Below are positions 54,450 through 63,372 of a DNA stretch of 64,000 nucleotides, in pieces. Every line of letters begins with the position of its first letter. The stretch's first letter is position 1. The notes beneath the pieces are model-generated. The model was not told where the DNA came from. It did no database searches and saw only the letters and a program-made list of their open reading frames with translations. A program made the position numbers and the translations under genes. The stretch lies in the NCBI GenBank assembly GCA_963801015.1, contig CAWDCV010000003.1, positions 266,886 to 330,885 on the forward strand. Direction: 5' to 3'. The stretch comes from an uncultured Actinomycetota bacterium (GTDB lineage: Bacteria > Actinomycetota > Actinomycetes > CAWDCV01).

Positions 54450-56552
54450 ATGGGCATCCTCGACTCGCTGCTCGGCCGGACCAAGCCGGTGCAGCCCAAC
54501 CTCGATGCGTTGTTCGCCGTGCCCAATGCGGCGATCACGCTCGAGGTAGGCGCAGATCTGCGGCCTACGGGCGTCGGATCGGTCTGCTTCCGCGCGGCGG
54601 AGGGTGGCGCCTTCACCCAGCTGCAAGCCGAGATCCAGAGCTTGCTCGACGCGGACGACGGACCCAAGGTCGAGGTGACTCGCGACGAGTACGGCTACAC
54701 CTGGCTCGTCAGCACCACATCTCCGCCGGACGTTTCGGAGCTCGTCACCGACCTGCACGCGGTCAACAGCACGCTGCAAGACCATGGCTTCGGTCCGCAG
54801 CTGCTCTGCTCCCTGGTGTGCTTCGCCGACGCTTCAGGCCGTCGCGTCGGTCTGGTCTACCTCTACAAGCGCGGCACGTTCTACCCGTTCGTGCCACTCG
54901 ACGGGCAGCACCGTGACAACGCTCTCGAGTTGCAGGTGCGCGGGCTGCTCGAGGGTGACCTGCGCATCGAGAGCGACCTGTCGCGCTGGTTCCCCGTCTG
55001 GGGGCCCGGGTCATTCTCCGCGACCTTCGTCGACTGCGCTCCAGGGTGTGCTCGCGCCGAAGGCCGGCTCGTGAGTCGACGGGTGCTCGCCCTCGACTTC
55101 GGTACCTCATCGGCGCGCGCACTCGTCCTGGACGCTGAGGCCGCTCCCGTTCCGGACGCGCTCGCCCGACACAAGGTCAAGCTCACCGTCGACGATCAGG
55201 GTGCGGCGGAGCTGGATCCGCGGACATACCTTGACGGAGTCGTCGCATGTATCGACGAGCTGCGCGAGGGCGGCCATCTCGATGGCATCACCGACGTGGT
55301 CGCCTCGACGCAGTGGCACTCACTGATGGCGCTGGATTCTTCGGGCGAGCCGATGAGCGGGCTGCTGACGTGGGCTGACACCCGGGCCGCCGAAGGGCCG
55401 CTGCCTGACATCGCCGACCCGGCCGCCTGGCACCGCCGCACGGGCACCTGGGTCCACGCGCAGTACTGGAGTCTCAAGGCGCCATGGCTGCTGCGCCAGC
55501 TCAGCGCTACACCCGCGCTGCTGGTCGGCCTGCCCGAGTACGTCTATGCCTCGCTGCTCGGCGAGAGCGGCGCGTCGGGGTCGTCCGCGTCGGGCACCGG
55601 CCTGTTCGACTGGGCCAAGAATGCGTGGGACGACGAGGCCATCGACGTCGCTCGCATTCCTCGCGACCTGCTGCCAGTCGTCCTCCCAGACGACTGGACC
55701 GGCGTGGCGGAATCCTCCTGGTCGAAGCGGTGGCCTGAGCTCGCCGAGGCGCGGTGGCATCCGCCGCTCGGCGATGGTGCCGCCTCCAACCTCGGGGCGG
55801 GCTGCATCGATCCGTCGGCCGTGGCAGTCACCATCGGTACGTCAGCCGCAGTCCGCGTCGTCCAGCCGGCGAACGAGGCAGCGGACGTTCCGCCCGCGCT
55901 ATGGCGCTATCGCGTCGATAAGGACCGCGTCGTCAGCGGGATCGCGTTCTCTGCCGGCGGTGGAATGTTCGCCTGGGCCAAGGACGTCCTCGACCTCCCC
56001 ACCGACGACAAGGGCGAGACGGTCGGGCTGCGCGACGTCCCCATCGGCTGCAACGGCGTCACCTTGCTCCCGTACCTCGCCGGCACCCGCGCCCCGCGGC
56101 ACGTGCCCGCCGGGAGCGGGGTCATCGCCGGACTGTCGCTCGGCACCGATCCGGTCGAGCTCGTCGCCGCCGCGATCGAAGGCATGTGCTTCGAGATCTC
56201 GAGCGGCTTGGAGACGCTGGTCGGGCTACTCGACGACAGCGGGGAGGGCTCGTCGCCGGACGTGGTCGGCGGTGGCGGGGGCTTGGAGAAATCACCGTTC
56301 TGGCAGCACCGGCTGGCGGCTGCCATGGGTAGCCGGCTGCGGATGGCTTACGTCCCGGAGACCGCCGCGCGCGGAGCGGGGATGCTGTCCCTGGGCTTGG
56401 TCGACGAGTCGCACGTGCCGCAGTGGACAGAAGGCGTCATCGCGAGTGACGAGGAGATCGCGGCGATGGACGAAGCGCATCGGCGCTACGACCGGCTGCG
56501 TGAGTTGCACGGCATCCCCGCCGCCGGCGCTGCCAGCGCCGCCCCGACCTGA
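54450..56552 (+). CDS. single ORF: PspAB-like N-terminal module (~205 aa) joined in frame to an FGGY-family carbohydrate kinase
   Basis: N-terminus MGILDSLLGRTKPVQPNLDALFAVPNAAITLE...YGYTWLV...LVYLYKRGTFYPFVP (PspA-associated PspAB-like). From GTG 55071: VSRRVLALDFGTSSARALVLD..., TQWHSLMALD, GDGAASNLGAG (FGGY kinase). No in-frame stop between them. Confidence 0.7.
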   Translation: MGILDSLLGRTKPVQPNLDALFAVPNAAITLEVGADLRPTGVGSVCFRAAEGGAFTQLQAEIQSLLDADDGPKVEVTRDEYGYTWLVSTTSPPDVSELVTDLHAVNSTLQDHGFGPQLLCSLVCFADASGRRVGLVYLYKRGTFYPFVPLDGQHRDNALELQVRGLLEGDLRIESDLSRWFPVWGPGSFSATFVDCAPGCARAEGRLVSRRVLALDFGTSSARALVLDAEAAPVPDALARHKVKLTVDDQGAAELDPRTYLDGVVACIDELREGGHLDGITDVVASTQWHSLMALDSSGEPMSGLLTWADTRAAEGPLPDIADPAAWHRRTGTWVHAQYWSLKAPWLLRQLSATPALLVGLPEYVYASLLGESGASGSSASGTGLFDWAKNAWDDEAIDVARIPRDLLPVVLPDDWTGVAESSWSKRWPELAEARWHPPLGDGAASNLGAGCIDPSAVAVTIGTSAAVRVVQPANEAADVPPALWRYRVDKDRVVSGIAFSAGGGMFAWAKDVLDLPTDDKGETVGLRDVPIGCNGVTLLPYLAGTRAPRHVPAGSGVIAGLSLGTDPVELVAAAIEGMCFEISSGLETLVGLLDDSGEGSSPDVVGGGGGLEKSPFWQHRLAAAMGSRLRMAYVPETAARGAGMLSLGLVDESHVPQWTEGVIASDEEIAAMDEAHRRYDRLRELHGIPAAGAASAAPT

Positions 56553-56555
56553 GGG

Positions 56556-57734
56556 TTACGGCAGGGCCAGCATCCGATCCAGGGCGGCGCGGGCCTCGCT
56601 GGCGGTCTGCGGGTCGACGGTGATGCGGTTGACAACACGCCCCGCGGCGAGATTCTCCATCGCCCACACCAGGTGCGGCAGGTCGATGCGATTCATCGTC
56701 GAGCAGAAGCACACGGTGCGGTCGAGGAACATGATCCGCTTGTCCGGGTGCCGCTTGGCCAGCCGCTGCACGAGGTTGAGCTCGGTGCCTACCGCCCAGG
56801 CCGAGCCGGACGGCGCGGCATCGATCGTGCGGATGATGTATTCGGTGGAGCCGACGAGGTCGGCCTTGGTCACGACCTCGTACGTGCACTCGGGATGGAC
56901 GAGCACGCTGACGTCGGGGACGCGCTCTCGCACGTCTGCCACCGCGTCAGCGGTGAAGCGACCGTGCACCGAGCAGTGCCCGCGCCAAAGGATCATGGTG
57001 GCGTCGCGCAGTTGCTGCATTGTCAGCCCGCCGCCCGGCTTGTGCGGATTGAAGACGACGCAGTCGTCGAGCGACATGCCCATCTGCAGCACGGCGGTGT
57101 TGCGGCCCAGGTGCTGGTCGGGGAGGAAGAGCACCTTCTCGCCCTGCTCGAACGACCACTCGAGTGCGCGCTTGGCGTTCGAGGAGGTGCAGATCGTGCC
57201 GCCGTGCCGGCCGGTGAAGGCCTTGATGTCGGCGGAGGAGTTCATGTACGTCACGGGCACGGTGTCCGCTGCCACGCCGGCGTCCTCCAGGACCTCCCAC
57301 GCCTCGGCTACCTGGTCCAGGGCGGCCATGTCGGCCATCGAGCAGCCGGCAGCGAGGTCGGGCAGCACGACCTGCTGAGAGTCGGCGGTCAGGATGTCGG
57401 CGCTCTCGGCCATGAAGTGGACGCCGCAGAACACGATGTAGTCGGCCTCCGGCCGGGCGGCCGCGTCGCGCGCCAGCTTGAACGAGTCGCCGGTGACGTC
57501 CGCGAACGCGATGACCTCGTCACGCTGGTAGTGATGGCCGAGGACGAAAGCGCGATCGCCCAGGGCGTCGCGCGCCACTCGGCCTCGCCGTACCAGATCG
57601 GGATCGGACGCGGCTGGCAAATCACCGGGGCACTCGACCCCGCGCTCGCTGCTGGGGTCGGCGTCACGCCCGAGCAGGAGCAGCGCCAGCGGCGTCGGCG
57701 TGACACCGGTGGGCAGATCGAGGTCGACGGTCAT
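56556..57734 (-). CDS. nadA: quinolinate synthase
   Basis: FVLGHHYQRDEVIAFADVTGDSFKLA, FCGVHFMAESADIL, GCSMAD, HPEC. ATG 57734. Confidence 0.95.
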   Translation of the reverse strand: MTVDLDLPTGVTPTPLALLLLGRDADPSSERGVECPGDLPAASDPDLVRRGRVARDALGDRAFVLGHHYQRDEVIAFADVTGDSFKLARDAAARPEADYIVFCGVHFMAESADILTADSQQVVLPDLAAGCSMADMAALDQVAEAWEVLEDAGVAADTVPVTYMNSSADIKAFTGRHGGTICTSSNAKRALEWSFEQGEKVLFLPDQHLGRNTAVLQMGMSLDDCVVFNPHKPGGGLTMQQLRDATMILWRGHCSVHGRFTADAVADVRERVPDVSVLVHPECTYEVVTKADLVGSTEYIIRTIDAAPSGSAWAVGTELNLVQRLAKRHPDKRIMFLDRTVCFCSTMNRIDLPHLVWAMENLAAGRVVNRITVDPQTASEARAALDRMLALP

Positions 57735-57757
57735 GATGAAATTCTCCCTGACGAGCG

Positions 57758-58606
57758 CTAGAGGTACGCGCCTGATGGAACGTACGGAGCCGGCGGCTTC
57801 ATCCCGCGCAGGCACAGGTAGCCGGACGTCTCGACCGTCAGACCGGCGGCTAGACCGATGTCGAGGGCCCATTCGTTCTCGACTGTGATGTTGCGCACAT
57901 TGATCTCCTCGCCCGGCGTCGATCGGGCGAGGACCTCCCAGAGCAGCTTGTGCGCGACTCGACGTGATGTGGCGGCGAGGAGTGCCACCGAGCCGTCGAG
58001 CACGTAGGCGTAGCCATTGCCGAGAAACGTGTCACAGACCAGCAGGGGGTGATCACCGCCGAGGAGCCGGTGATCCGGGCCGTGTGAGGCGCCACGGACC
58101 TGACGGTCGACCGACTCGAGCAGCGCCAAGTCGGCGATCGTTCCGGGTCGGACGTGGTCGACGAAGGGCAGCACGGCGCGGTCGACGGTGCCACTCAGCG
58201 TCATCATCGGATGGAGGCTGAACCCCGCCAGCCGGTAGCGACGGGCGGCTCGGGGATCGGGCGAGGACACGATCATGCCGCGGACGGATCCCTCGGCGTA
58301 GCTCAGCGTGCGCTCGAGCAACACCCGCCCAATGCCGCGGTTCTGCACCGTCGGGAGCACCGCGTACGACGACAGCATCCACAGCCGCTCGCGGCGAACG
58401 GCAATGGCCTCGCCGACTGCCTCTCCTCCCACCTCGGCGATCCAGCAGCCCGCGGGATCGGTTGCCAATTGATGCTGTACGCGCTGCCGGAAGCGTTGTG
58501 CCCGGATCGCTGTCCGGGGGAAGCCGGGGCCGAGGGGCGTAAAGGCGGCTTCGGTGATCGACTCGACGGCCGGGATGTCTTCCTCGCGCATCGGGCGGAG
58601 CATCAT
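57758..58606 (-). CDS. GNAT family N-acetyltransferase (two-domain type)
   Basis: MMLRPMREEDIPAVESI...VLPTVQNRGIGRVLLERTL (acetyl-CoA motif). Start ATG 58606 (or 58591); the longer extension is antisense to the glycerate kinase gene. Confidence 0.75.
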   Translation of the reverse strand: MMLRPMREEDIPAVESITEAAFTPLGPGFPRTAIRAQRFRQRVQHQLATDPAGCWIAEVGGEAVGEAIAVRRERLWMLSSYAVLPTVQNRGIGRVLLERTLSYAEGSVRGMIVSSPDPRAARRYRLAGFSLHPMMTLSGTVDRAVLPFVDHVRPGTIADLALLESVDRQVRGASHGPDHRLLGGDHPLLVCDTFLGNGYAYVLDGSVALLAATSRRVAHKLLWEVLARSTPGEEINVRNITVENEWALDIGLAAGLTVETSGYLCLRGMKPPAPYVPSGAYL

Positions 58607-58637
58607 GAGCGGACCGCCATAGGGAAGACTTTGCCCC

Positions 58638-59735
58638 ATGCGGGTCCTCGTTGCTCCGGATAAATTCGCGGGCACCCTCACCGCGGTCGAGGCAGCGGAT
58701 GCCATCGCGCAGGGGTGGCAGCGCACGGCTCCCGTTGACGTCGTGACGACGGCACCGCTGTCCGACGGCGGTCCCGGCTTCGTGGACGTCGTCCAGGCAG
58801 CGCTCGGCGGGAAGCTGCTGTCGGTCACCGCGACCGGTCCGCGCGGCGAGCAGGTGCCAACGACGCTGCTCCTTGTCGACGGCACCGCGTATATCGAGGC
58901 GGCGCAGGCATGCGGCCTGCACCTCATCCCCCCGCCGGAGCGGGATCCGAGCACGGCGACGTCGTACGGCGTCGGACAGTTGATCGGGTCGGCGGTGGAC
59001 GAGGGCGCTGCTCGGATCGTCGTCGGGCTCGGCGGCAGCGCGACCAACGACGGCGGCGCTGGCATGCTCGCCGCGCTGGGCGCGATGCCAGTCGCCGAGC
59101 TTCGGCTCGGTGGCGCCGCGCTGGCCGACGTGGCAGAGGTCGACCTCTCGCCCGCTCGTGAGCGCGTCGCCGGCGTGGAGCTGGTAGCGGCGAGTGACGT
59201 GGACAACCCACTGCTCGGCCTGCGCGGGGCGAGCAACGTCTTCGGCGCCCAGAAGGGCGCCACGCCCGACGACATCCAGCGCCTCGATGGAGCCCTCACT
59301 CATTTCGCCGAGCAAACCGATCGGCGGCTCGCGGACAGCAAGGGCGCCGGAGCGGCCGGCGGCCTCGGCTTCGGGCTGGCGCTGCTCGGAGCCACTCGAG
59401 TACCGGGTATCGGCACCGTCCTCGATCTGGTCGGCTTCGACGCGCTGGTCCAGTCGGCCGACGTCGTGGTCACTGGCGAGGGCTCGTTCGATTACCAGTC
59501 GTTGAGTGGCAAGGTCGTCAACGGCGTGGCCGAAGCCGCGACACGGGCGGCTCGCCCGACCGTGGTTCTCGCCGGGCGAGTCGAGGTCGGGCGGCGAGAG
59601 ATGGCCGCCGTCGGGGTGGAGTCCGCCTATTCGGTCGTCGACCTCGCTGGGTCCGTCGAGGCTGCACTGGACCGACCGGCAGAGCGACTTGCCGACTTGG
59701 CCGCTCGCGTGGCTCGCACCTGGTCGCGCCGCTGA
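58638..59735 (+). CDS. glxK: glycerate kinase
   Basis: MRVLVAPDKFAGTLTAVEAADAIAQGW..., LSDGGPGF, VVTGEGSFDYQSLSGKV. Confidence 0.9.
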   Translation: MRVLVAPDKFAGTLTAVEAADAIAQGWQRTAPVDVVTTAPLSDGGPGFVDVVQAALGGKLLSVTATGPRGEQVPTTLLLVDGTAYIEAAQACGLHLIPPPERDPSTATSYGVGQLIGSAVDEGAARIVVGLGGSATNDGGAGMLAALGAMPVAELRLGGAALADVAEVDLSPARERVAGVELVAASDVDNPLLGLRGASNVFGAQKGATPDDIQRLDGALTHFAEQTDRRLADSKGAGAAGGLGFGLALLGATRVPGIGTVLDLVGFDALVQSADVVVTGEGSFDYQSLSGKVVNGVAEAATRAARPTVVLAGRVEVGRREMAAVGVESAYSVVDLAGSVEAALDRPAERLADLAARVARTWSRR

Positions 59736-59864
59736 AGCCAGTGGTCGCGTACTCGGCCTGGGTGGCGCAACGTGTCACTATGGATGGGAATGCAGGGCCG
59801 GGGTGACTCGGTTGGCACTGCTGTACGGCCCATAATGTCCGCACCACCACATAGGAGCTCGTCC

Positions 59865-60245
59865 ATGACGGTCAGTGGCAGTACCGAAACCACGACCAGC
59901 CCGACGTCGACTCCGGCGCCGAGCGGGATCATCCTCACCGACGTAGCAGCCGGCAAGGTCAAGAGCCTGCTCGAGCAGGAAGGCCGCGACGACCTGTCGC
60001 TGCGGGTCGCGGTACAGCCGGGCGGCTGCTCCGGCCTGCGTTACCAGCTTTTCTTCGACGAGCGCTCGCTCGACGGCGACGTCGTCAAGGACTTCAGCGG
60101 CGTCTCCGTTGTCACCGACCGGATGAGCGCCCCCTACCTCGGCGGCGCCACGATCGACTTTGTCGACACGATCGAGAAGCAGGGCTTCACCATCGACAAC
60201 CCGAACGCCTCCGGCTCGTGCGCATGCGGAGATTCGTTCCACTGA
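59865..60245 (+). CDS. erpA: iron-sulfur cluster insertion protein (HesB/IscA/ErpA family)
   Basis: LRVAVQPGGCSGLRYQLFFD and the C-terminal CACGDSFH motif. ATG 59865 follows AGGAG. Confidence 0.9.
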   Translation: MTVSGSTETTTSPTSTPAPSGIILTDVAAGKVKSLLEQEGRDDLSLRVAVQPGGCSGLRYQLFFDERSLDGDVVKDFSGVSVVTDRMSAPYLGGATIDFVDTIEKQGFTIDNPNASGSCACGDSFH

Positions 60246-61319
60246 TCACCCATTGGGGGCGCACTCGCTGATCGCCAGCCGCATGTGCCGCTCGGTGATC
60301 GCAGGAGCAGCGTCGTCGCACGCGCGAGCCAGCGCCGTGTGAGCCACGTACATCACTCGTCGGCGCAGGTCGCCCGTGCGCCCACGCATGTAGTGGCGCA
60401 TCAGCAGGCGCAGTGCCACTGGGGTGACCAGCTCGGTCAGCGGCTGATCGGTGACGTCAGAGACGCGCTGCGCGAGGATCCGGGCCAGGCCCGTCACATC
60501 CGGCACGGGGGGCACGTGCACGGAGCTCTCGATGAAGCCCTCGGCGGATCGGTACCCCGGCTGGGTGACGTAATGGTCGTGCACCGCTATCACGGCCGCC
60601 GCGGGTAGCTCTTCGGCGATCAGCCGAACTACCCGACCGAAGAACCCGTCGACCAGTCGCGCCGAGTCGGCGGGAGCCGATACCTGTAGCCACTTGTCGG
60701 TGTCGTCGAACACCAGCACGGGCAGCAGGTCCCGTGCTGCGATGAGCTCGAGGATGCGCCGCGCCTGCTCGACCACCTCCGCTCCCGATCGAGGTGAGGA
60801 TGGCGAGCTCGCCGAGTCGAGTTCCGCGGCGAGCTCCAGCCGTACGCCCATCCAGCTCGGAGCCACGCTGACCTTGGTCGGACGGCGCCGATCCGCGGGC
60901 AAGGTGGGAGTCGTCCGGCGCAGGATCCGGCGAGCGTCGTCCTCGTCGGCCGGCTGCGCGTACGCGATGTACCGAGCGACGGTGCGCACCAGATGCGCGG
61001 CGAAGGCGACCGGAGAGGTCGCCACCTCCGCGTCCTCCAGCGATACCGGGATCGGCAGCGGGGCGAGGTCCTCGACCAGCGGTCCTAGCACGTACGACAT
61101 GACACTCGACTTGCCCGACCCGCTGCTGCCGATCAGAGCGACCTGCTCACCGCGCCGCAATGCCGCATCGAGGGTCTGCTCGCAGGTCGTCCCGCCGGTC
61201 AGCTCGTCGAACGGCACATGGAAGCGAAACAGTTCTGCCTGCCGCGGCGCGGGGTCGAACACGTGCTCATCGCGAAGGCGTAGCAAGGTGTCAGCGGTGT
61301 CGGTGGCGTCCGCGGTCAC
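60246..61319 (-). CDS. ORC/Cdc6-like AAA+ ATPase, no recognisable DNA-binding or effector domain
   Basis: Walker A VALIGSSGSGKSS, Walker B LLPVLVFDDTDKW, sensor-1-like AAVIAVHD, lid GDLRRRVMYVAHTALARACDDAAPAITERHMRLAI. GTG start overlaps the upstream stop (GTGA). Confidence 0.7.
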   Translation of the reverse strand: MTADATDTADTLLRLRDEHVFDPAPRQAELFRFHVPFDELTGGTTCEQTLDAALRRGEQVALIGSSGSGKSSVMSYVLGPLVEDLAPLPIPVSLEDAEVATSPVAFAAHLVRTVARYIAYAQPADEDDARRILRRTTPTLPADRRRPTKVSVAPSWMGVRLELAAELDSASSPSSPRSGAEVVEQARRILELIAARDLLPVLVFDDTDKWLQVSAPADSARLVDGFFGRVVRLIAEELPAAAVIAVHDHYVTQPGYRSAEGFIESSVHVPPVPDVTGLARILAQRVSDVTDQPLTELVTPVALRLLMRHYMRGRTGDLRRRVMYVAHTALARACDDAAPAITERHMRLAISECAPNG

Positions 61320-62281
61320 GGTCGCACGGTAACCGCCGTGTAGACCGTCCGTGGCCGGCCGGGTCCGTTGCGCACCGTCGTCGTCTCGACGAGCCCAGCC
61401 TCGAGCAGCTCACGCAGCAACTGGGCGGCACGCGACCGAGTCCAGCCGTGCCGGGCGAGGAGGCCGGGATCGGACGCGCTGGCCGGGCCAGAGGCCTCGA
61501 GGTCCGCGACGAGCTCGGCGGCAGCGGGGGAGACGGCTGACAGCCGCCGATCGCGTTCTCGGGCGCTGCCCGCCAGCGCCTCGGTAGCGGCCGGCTCGGC
61601 CAGGGCAACTCGGGTGGCGCTCAGCAACGCGCGCGGATTACCCGCGGCGAAGTCGACGATCGTCGCCAGCGCGTCGTCGGCGAGTTGCCCGTTGGGTACC
61701 CGAGCGCGGACGAGCGCGCGCGCCTGATCGTCCGGCAGGGCAGGCAGCGCCACTTCGACGTCGAAGAATGCGTCCGCCGGAGGGCGCAGCAGGGTGGCTC
61801 GGTCGCGGTCGGTGCACGTCACTGCCCAGCGGACAGGCAGCTGCCACAGCTCGTCGCGCAGCGTGCCGAACAGGCCGTACGCCGCGGCGGGCACCGCGTT
61901 GTCGAGCAACGCCACCGCCGGCAGTGCGTCCGCGGGGGTAGAGAGGAGGCGTTGCAGCGGCCAGTCGTCCGTTCTGTCGAAAGCAGTGCGGCGCTGCGAG
62001 CCGTCGCCATCCATGAGTCGCGCCGTCACGACGTCGACGAGCTGCTGCGTCGTCAGCGCCGTACCAGCGTCGATCCAGAGCGAAGCAACCCCTTGCTCCC
62101 GCAGGTTCCTCGCCACTTGGCGCAGCACCGTGGTCCTACCTGACCCGCGCTCGCCGACCAGCAGCACGTTGAGATCCGCGTTGACGGCGCCCACGACGCG
62201 GCTCACGGTTGCGTCGCGGCCCACCACAAGTGCCGCGTCGAGCTGGTTGTCGAGGAGCGGTCGACCACTCAACTGCAACAC
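61316..62281 (-). CDS. ORC/Cdc6-like AAA+ ATPase with C-terminal winged-helix domain
   Basis: LVVGRDATVSRVVGAVNADLNVLLVGERGSGRTTVLRQV (Walker A), AVALLDN (degenerate Walker B), AAGNPRALLSATRVAL lid, C-terminal GWTRSRAAQLLRELLEAGLVETTTVRNGPGRPRTVYT. GTG 62281 chosen (leaderless geometry). The ORF-track extension to 63547 is antisense to adoK. Confidence 0.7.
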   Translation of the reverse strand: MLQLSGRPLLDNQLDAALVVGRDATVSRVVGAVNADLNVLLVGERGSGRTTVLRQVARNLREQGVASLWIDAGTALTTQQLVDVVTARLMDGDGSQRRTAFDRTDDWPLQRLLSTPADALPAVALLDNAVPAAAYGLFGTLRDELWQLPVRWAVTCTDRDRATLLRPPADAFFDVEVALPALPDDQARALVRARVPNGQLADDALATIVDFAAGNPRALLSATRVALAEPAATEALAGSARERDRRLSAVSPAAAELVADLEASGPASASDPGLLARHGWTRSRAAQLLRELLEAGLVETTTVRNGPGRPRTVYTAVTVRP

Positions 62282-62306
62282 AAATCTCACTATACGTTCA
62301 CAACGT
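62282..62306 (-). promoter_or_regulatory. candidate leaderless promoter (-10 TATAGT) overlapped by a 5+5 palindrome
   Basis: Minus strand: ACGTTgtgAACGT-ATAGT-gagattt-GTG. TATAGT (62289-62294) lies 7 nt upstream of GTG 62281. Palindrome ACGTT-cac-AACGT lies at 62294-62306. This is the only AT-rich patch in the neighbourhood. Confidence 0.4.
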
Positions 62307-62362
62307 TTCGTGGGAAAGCCGGCGGCACTGTCATTCGAGGATCGCCCAGTACCCTGCACCCC

Positions 62363-63349
62363 GTGCGCATCGCCGTCACCGGATCTATCGCGACCGATCA
62401 TCTGATGACGTTCCCGGGACGGTTCGCCGACTCCTTCGTCACGGACAAGCTGCACTCGGTGTCGCTGTCGTTCCTCGTCGATGACCTCCACGTGCGGCGC
62501 GGCGGCGTTGCCGCGAACATCGCCTTCGGACTCGGCTGCCTGGGCCTGCGGCCGGTACTCGTCGGCGCCGTCGGCCCGGATTTCGCTGACTATCGCTCCT
62601 GGTTGGAGCGGCACGGCGTCGACTGCGACTCCGTCCGGGTGTCGACGGTGGCCCATACCGCCCGGTTCGTCTGCACGACCGATATCGATCACAACCAGAT
62701 CGCCTCCTTCTATCCGGGTGCCATGACCGAGGACCGCGAGCTCGAGCTGTGGCCGGTGGCCGAACGCCTCGGCGACCTCGACCTGGTCCTCATCGGCGCC
62801 ACCGATCCGGCCGCGATGACCCGACACACGCAGGAGTGCCGCCAGCGCGGCTACCGCTTCGTGGCGGATCCGTCTCAGCAGCTGGCGCGGATGGACGGTC
62901 CGGAGATCCGGCTGCTGGTCGAGGGCGCGGCGTACCTGTTCACCAACGAGTACGAAGCAGCCTTGACCGAGCAGAAGACCGGCTGGACTTCGCAGCAGAT
63001 CCTCGATCGCGTTGACGTGCGGGTGACCACACTCGGCAAGAAGGGCGCCATCGTCGAGCGGTCCGGGCAGCCTTCGGTCCAGGTGGCCTGCCCGCGCGAG
63101 GAAGGCAAGGTCGATCCGACCGGCGTGGGTGACGCGTTCCGCGCTGGCTTCCTCGCCGGCATCGGGTGGGGCTTGTCGGACGAACGCTGCGCACAGCTCG
63201 GCGCGATGCTCGCGACATTCGTCATCGAGACGGTCGGCACCCAGGAGTACGACCTCGGGCATGGGCAGTTTCTCGACCGCTTCACCGAGGCGTACGGCGC
63301 TGAGGCTGCTGCAGATATCACCGCTCATCTGCGGCTGATCCCCGCCTGA
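62363..63349 (+). CDS. adoK: PfkB-family carbohydrate/nucleoside kinase, adenosine kinase-like
   Basis: MRIAVTGSIATDHLMTFPGRFADSFV..., GGVAANIAFGLGCLG, DPTGVGDAFRAGFLAG. Same position as Rv2202c relative to hesB. Confidence 0.8.
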   Translation: MRIAVTGSIATDHLMTFPGRFADSFVTDKLHSVSLSFLVDDLHVRRGGVAANIAFGLGCLGLRPVLVGAVGPDFADYRSWLERHGVDCDSVRVSTVAHTARFVCTTDIDHNQIASFYPGAMTEDRELELWPVAERLGDLDLVLIGATDPAAMTRHTQECRQRGYRFVADPSQQLARMDGPEIRLLVEGAAYLFTNEYEAALTEQKTGWTSQQILDRVDVRVTTLGKKGAIVERSGQPSVQVACPREEGKVDPTGVGDAFRAGFLAGIGWGLSDERCAQLGAMLATFVIETVGTQEYDLGHGQFLDRFTEAYGAEAAADITAHLRLIPA

Positions 63350-63372
63350 CGCGCCCGCCTGCAGGGCCGGAC

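Noticed and set aside
53469-54785. 438-aa minus-strand ORF over htpX
   Set aside because: It is antisense to htpX, which has the HELSH motif and TM topology. No domain is recognisable.
55546-57378. 610-aa plus-strand ORF bridging the FGGY kinase and nadA regions
   Set aside because: It is off-frame within the kinase and antisense to nadA, with a Ser/Arg/Pro-rich product.
58607-59315. Upstream extensions of the GNAT ORF (57758-59299) and ORF 58053-59315
   Set aside because: They are antisense to the glycerate kinase gene. GNAT homology begins only at MMLRPMREEDIP.
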